Positions 57,662 to 61,612 of a stretch of DNA of 61,612 nt are shown here, piece after piece. Numbering within the stretch: the stretch's first letter is position 1; the number at the start of each line of letters is the position of its first letter. The DNA comes from a virus. Taxonomy: Duplodnaviria > Caudoviricetes. Under the pieces are notes generated by a model. That model was given only the letters and a program-made list of their open reading frames with translations. It ran no database searches and was not told the origin of the DNA. The stretch spans positions 1 through 61,612 of IMG/VR virus record IMGVR_UViG_3300045972_000408, one strand, 5' to 3'. The translations under genes were made by a program, and so were the position numbers.

Positions 57662-58057
57662 ATGGGTTTCGATATCGATTCCGCATCGAAAATCATCGCG
57701 ATCATCACCGGCATCTTCGTCATCGCCGGAACGATTTTCGGCGTCATCATAGCGCTGCGGCTCTCGGCGCAAAGCGCGGCGACAAAAGCGAGCACGGCCG
57801 AGGCGACGGCAAAAGACGCCAAATTGATCGCGCTCGCCGCCGAGAAGTCGGTGATCGAGGTCGCCAAGGACCTTGCAAAATTCCGCGAGGAGGCCGCCAG
57901 GGAATTCGTCACCGGCGAGGCCATTCGCAGCATCGAAGGCAGAATCGAGGCGGTCGGGCGCGAGATGCGCGACGGGCTCGACGACATCCGCAAGTCGATG
58001 ATCGAATTTTTCAGCCGGCGCACGACGCCGGCGTCCCGCTCGCGCTCCGATACCTGA
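57662..58057 (+). CDS. Membrane-anchored coiled-coil protein
   Basis: N-terminal TM, F.EE.A.EFVT. Confidence 0.75.
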   Translation: MGFDIDSASKIIAIITGIFVIAGTIFGVIIALRLSAQSAATKASTAEATAKDAKLIALAAEKSVIEVAKDLAKFREEAAREFVTGEAIRSIEGRIEAVGREMRDGLDDIRKSMIEFFSRRTTPASRSRSDT

Positions 58058-58070
58058 CCCAGGATTTTCC

Positions 58071-59411
58071 ATGCCGATTTCAAAGAAGGACGCCCGCCTC
58101 CGCATCGCGGCGGTGGAAAAAGCCCTGCGCGCCGGTCACCGGCCGCCGGGCGTCGACCTGGGCCTGCGCGCGCCCGGCGCCATCGCCGTGGCGGCGGCGG
58201 CGCTGAAGGTCACCGCATCCAGCCTGCGCGCGTCGCTGGTAACGGCGGAGACGCTGTATGGCCTCAAACCCAACTGGAAACTCTACAAGCCGGTCCCTTC
58301 TGATCCGAATGGACCAACGAAAGCTGCGGCCAAACCCGAAGAGCCGCCGGTCGAGCCCCTGACCCTGCGTCGCATTGCCGACCAGCTCGCGCGCGAGCGG
58401 ACGTTGCGCGCCTCGGCCGAGCGCGCGGCCGTGACGGCGCAGGGCCTGCGCGAGGGCGTTTTCCGGCTGGCCGCGACGCCGCCGGAGCCCGAAAGCTGGC
58501 AAGCGCAAAGCGCCGAGGATGGGCGCCATCGCGAAGTGATCGTGCTGCCGATCAGCGACGTCCACATGGGCGAAGTAATCGATTTCGACCAGATGGGCGG
58601 GCGCAACGCCTATAACAAAACCATCGCCGCGCGGCGGCTGGAGCGGCTGTTTCAATCGGTGGTGAAACTCGGAACGACGCATTGGCGCGGCCCCGCGCCG
58701 GCGGCGATCTATGTCGTGCTGCTTGGCGACCTCATCACCGGCGAAATCCATGAAGAGCTGGCGAAAACCAACGATCTCTTGTCAATCCCCGCCGTGCGCG
58801 AGCTTTCGGGCCATCTGATCGCCGGCATGAACCTGCTGCTGGCGTCGTTCGAATGCGAAATCCGCGTCGTGAGCCTGCCGGGCAATCATGGCCGCACCAC
58901 GCGCAAGCCGGAAGCCAAAGGCTCCATCGTCAACAGCTATGACACGCTCGTCGCCTGGAGCGTCGAGAGCTGGTTTCGCGCGCGCGAGACGCCGAGGATC
59001 ACGTTCACCGCGCCGGCCAGCGGCGACGCGCTGATCGACATCAACGGCTGGAAAATCCTGTTCACCCACGGCAACAATATCGGCTCGCGCGGCGGCATGG
59101 GCTTCATCGGCCCGGCGGCGACCATCGCGCGCGGCATGCAGCGCGTGATCCAGGACTATGCCGCGGTCGGACAGATCGTCGACTTTGTCGTGACCGGCCA
59201 TTTTCACACGCCGATCGAGCTGGAGCAGGGATTCTGCAACGGATCCGTGCCGGGACCGTCCGAATATTCGATGCAGGGCCGCATGCGGTCGCATCCGGCG
59301 AGCCAATGGTTCCTGTCGATCCATCCCGAAATCGGCGTCGCGCGCCGCTGGAAACTGTTTCTGGGCCATCCGGACGAAGGCTCGATCTATCGAGGAAGGA
59401 CCGCGCCATGA
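58071..59411 (+). CDS. Calcineurin-like metallophosphoesterase with N-terminal helical region
   Basis: SDVH, GD, GNH, HG, GHFH. Confidence 0.9.
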   Translation: MPISKKDARLRIAAVEKALRAGHRPPGVDLGLRAPGAIAVAAAALKVTASSLRASLVTAETLYGLKPNWKLYKPVPSDPNGPTKAAAKPEEPPVEPLTLRRIADQLARERTLRASAERAAVTAQGLREGVFRLAATPPEPESWQAQSAEDGRHREVIVLPISDVHMGEVIDFDQMGGRNAYNKTIAARRLERLFQSVVKLGTTHWRGPAPAAIYVVLLGDLITGEIHEELAKTNDLLSIPAVRELSGHLIAGMNLLLASFECEIRVVSLPGNHGRTTRKPEAKGSIVNSYDTLVAWSVESWFRARETPRITFTAPASGDALIDINGWKILFTHGNNIGSRGGMGFIGPAATIARGMQRVIQDYAAVGQIVDFVVTGHFHTPIELEQGFCNGSVPGPSEYSMQGRMRSHPASQWFLSIHPEIGVARRWKLFLGHPDEGSIYRGRTAP

Positions 59412-59632
59412 TCGACCATAACAGGCTTGTCGGCGAAGCCGTGGCGCATGACGCCGCCTTGAAACTTGAAAAATCGGCGTGCGACCTTGCCCGCGTCGCT
59501 GGCCAGCTTGCGCCCGATCAGGACAACGAGCTGCGCCACATCGTGGCCAGGGTTCGCGCCATCGCGGCGGCGGCGAAGCCGCGCCCCGTCCCGCAACGGG
59601 TCGAGGTTCCCGGCGATGTGAGGGATTTCTGA
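59408..59632 (+). CDS. Small helical protein
   Basis: ATGA and TGATG coupling. Confidence 0.65.
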   Translation: MIDHNRLVGEAVAHDAALKLEKSACDLARVAGQLAPDQDNELRHIVARVRAIAAAAKPRPVPQRVEVPGDVRDF

Positions 59633-60015
59633 TGAAAATTTGCGATCTGTCATGGACCGGCGGCTTTTGGTATCTCGGCTCGCCCTATTCCAAATATCCA
59701 TCCGGGCCGGAAGCGGCGTTCTTGTGCGCCGCCGCTATCGCGGCAGAGCTGTTGAAACAGGGGGTGCCGATCTTCTGCCCGATCGCACATTCCCACCCGC
59801 TTGCGCAATACGGTCAGATCGACCCGCTCGACCATAAGATATGGCTTCCAGCGGATCGCCCGATGATGGATGCGGCAACGGGTTTGATCGTCGCTCAGAT
59901 GGAAGGGTGGCGCGAAAGCTATGGCCTGACGCATGAAATCGAGGTTTTCACAGCGGCTGGAAAGCCGGTGCTTTATCTCGACATGCGCGAATACACCCTG
60001 TCGGAGCGGCCGTAA
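59632..60015 (+). CDS. DUF1937 (nucleoside 2-deoxyribosyltransferase-like fold)
   Basis: YLGSPYS, PIAHSHP, GW.ES.G...EI. Confidence 0.88.
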   Translation: MKICDLSWTGGFWYLGSPYSKYPSGPEAAFLCAAAIAAELLKQGVPIFCPIAHSHPLAQYGQIDPLDHKIWLPADRPMMDAATGLIVAQMEGWRESYGLTHEIEVFTAAGKPVLYLDMREYTLSERP

Positions 60016-60452
60016 TGAGTGAGAGCAAGCCGACCAATCCCAAAGACCAGATCGCGGTGGCGAAACTGCCGCTGCACCTGGTCCCCTCGACGCTGCCGAT
60101 CTATGCCGCGCTGGCCTTCGCCGAGGGCGCGTCGAAATACGGCGCCTATAACTGGCGAGCGGCCGGCGTGCGCGCGAGCGTCTACAGGAGCGCGCTCGAC
60201 CGGCATCTGGCCAAATGGTGGAACGGCGAGGACGCCGACCCAGCCACCAACGTCCCGCATCTGGCCTCGGCGCTGGCCTGCATCGGCATCATTCTCGACG
60301 CCCAGCTTTGCGGCAAACTGACGGACGACCGGCCTCCGCCGGCGCCGATGGGCGAGCTGATCGACGACGCCGAACCGATCATCGCCGAACTTTTCCGCAT
60401 GTTCGCGGATCGGAAACCGAAGCACTGGACCACAGCCGACAAGATCGACTGA
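60015..60452 (+). CDS. DUF5664 dATP/dGTP diphosphohydrolase-domain protein
   Basis: TNPKD, K.PL.LVP, GA.KYG.YNWR, RH...W..GED.D, HL, DDR. Confidence 0.9.
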   Translation: MSESKPTNPKDQIAVAKLPLHLVPSTLPIYAALAFAEGASKYGAYNWRAAGVRASVYRSALDRHLAKWWNGEDADPATNVPHLASALACIGIILDAQLCGKLTDDRPPPAPMGELIDDAEPIIAELFRMFADRKPKHWTTADKID

Positions 60453-60453
60453 C

Positions 60454-60490
60454 AAAAGCCCCGCCGGAGCAATCCGAGCGGGGTGCTTTA
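60454..60490 (+). terminator. Terminator of late/post-lysis operon
   Basis: AAAAGCCCCGC...GCGGGGTGCTTT. Confidence 0.6.
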
Positions 60491-60571
60491 TGCGTTTTAG
60501 GCTCTAACAGTGCGGGAAGCGCGCAAAAAACCGTTAGCGTTCAAAGCCGCTCCGCCGAGCGTTGAAGACAA

Positions 60572-60597
60572 GTGGCGCGCGCCGGAACGCGCGCCAC
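60572..60597 (-). terminator. Hairpin downstream of KilA-N gene
   Basis: GTGGCGCGCG-CCGGAA-CGCGCGCCAC. Confidence 0.55.
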
Positions 60598-60601
60598 CAT
60601 G

Positions 60602-61378
60602 TTAGACAAGACGTTTTTTGCGGTCCGATTTATCAGCCTCAATTGCTTGGCGGATAAAACTGGCGCTGCGGCTTGTCGCCGCCGTACACTCTCGGTTCCC
60701 TTGGCTTTTTTCTTCCCGGATCCTGCCGGAGGCTAAAACTTCGGCCGCCATGGTTAGAACCAGTTCGTCAGTAGGCATATGTTCGCGAAGATTTTCATTC
60801 GCGGGTAAGTTGCGGCTAAGCTTCAGAGCCTTTGCGGTCCCTCCAAATAGCTGCCTGTAGGTCGCGTCAGTACATTGCGCATACCCAAAACCGCTCACGC
60901 CGTGATCGCGAAGGGTATCGGTGTATTGGTTTCTCTTGGCTCGCCCCAGCGCCCTTATTGCGGCGCGCTCATTGGCTTCCGGCGACGCGCGCTGGAGGAC
61001 GTCGTCCGCAAGGGAAGCGTCGCCAGACTTGAAGCGGAGGAAAACCTCGTTGACTTCGTAATGGAGCGCGTCAGAAAGGTATTTTGCGTAAGACAGCGCA
61101 ATAATCGGGTCCGCCCAGACGCCGCCACCCCGACCGTTGCGAACACAATATACTGATAATACGGCGTCTTTTGACAAAGGTCCGGATTTTCCGGACCTTT
61201 TTTCGGCGACAGTCGCGACAAATCGAACCGTATTTCCAAGCGCGCCCCAATCCTTTGGCTGCTGGTTGCTAGAGAATCCGCCCGCTTTGTGGATATCGTT
61301 CAGGCGAACGCGTCCCTTGTCATCAACCCCGATGTTGCGCCCGCGCAACTTCAGAAATGTCATTGCATTTTCGGTCAT
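60602..61378 (-). CDS. KilA-N domain protein
   Basis: LNDIHKA.G....P.DW, GRGGG.WA....A..YA.YLS. Confidence 0.9.
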   Translation of the reverse strand: MTENAMTFLKLRGRNIGVDDKGRVRLNDIHKAGGFSSNQQPKDWGALGNTVRFVATVAEKRSGKSGPLSKDAVLSVYCVRNGRGGGVWADPIIALSYAKYLSDALHYEVNEVFLRFKSGDASLADDVLQRASPEANERAAIRALGRAKRNQYTDTLRDHGVSGFGYAQCTDATYRQLFGGTAKALKLSRNLPANENLREHMPTDELVLTMAAEVLASGRIREEKSQGNRECTAATSRSASFIRQAIEADKSDRKKRLV

Positions 61379-61485
61379 TTTATATCCAGTTTATGCGACC
61401 AAATAACACTGGACGTCCCGCGCACATTCGGCATAGTGTGCAATTGCGAAATAGGACAAGCCAAGTGCTTGATCATAGGTTTAAG

Positions 61486-61518
61486 AGGGTCGTCGATTGG
61501 GGAATCGGCGGCCCTTTT
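61486..61518 (+). terminator. Intrinsic terminator antisense to KilA-N leader
   Basis: AGGGTCGTCGATT-GGGG-AATCGGCGGCCCT then TTT. Confidence 0.6.
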
Positions 61519-61612
61519 GATTCTGCCGAACCGCTCAAATCTAACACGTTAGTCCATCTGAGTCTCGGCTACTGATCACGAAAATTTGTAGTTTATCAAA
61601 GTAATCATTATT

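Larger units (their letters stand above)
63..61612. mobile_element. Temperate siphovirus-like prophage; right end not seen
   Basis: Integrase next to tRNA; complete immunity, replication, head, tail and lysis modules in lambdoid order. Confidence 0.95.

Noticed and set aside
58071-60452. Z-genome (2-aminoadenine) pathway
   Set aside because: No PurZ or phage DNA polymerase in the window

Overview
Almost the whole window is one temperate, HK97-fold siphovirus-like prophage of an alphaproteobacterium. The Hyphomicrobiales host is an inference from the repeat types and LexA box. It is integrated at a tRNA-Pro(GGG) gene (1..62). The left arm (minus strand) carries tyrosine integrase and excisionase, a PLD nuclease, a C5 methyltransferase, a frameshifted DndC-like PAPS reductase, SSB, Gp37/Gp68, a full beta-clamp and a YfdP/Q/R-like trio. 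A lambda-like immunity switch follows (cI/cro, 14-bp CGGTAA-N2-TTACCG operators) with a DEDDh-BRCT exonuclease inside it. The right early arm has a split primase/D5 helicase, a helicase-MTase fusion and a repeat-rich putative origin. The late region has HNH, terminases, a Tad2/DUF2829 fusion plus a structured non-coding segment, portal, protease, capsid and a tail with a -1 frameshift chaperone. It ends with fibre-like genes (two with Sec signal peptides), two holin-like paralogs, a GH19 endolysin, a coupled metallophosphoesterase/DUF1937/DUF5664 cassette and a KilA-N gene. No attR is visible, so the prophage probably runs past the right edge. Best candidates for undescribed biology: the post-lysis nucleotide-processing cassette, the Tad2 fusion with its adjacent structured RNA, and the signal-peptide fibre genes. 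All family assignments come from motif recognition, not database searches.
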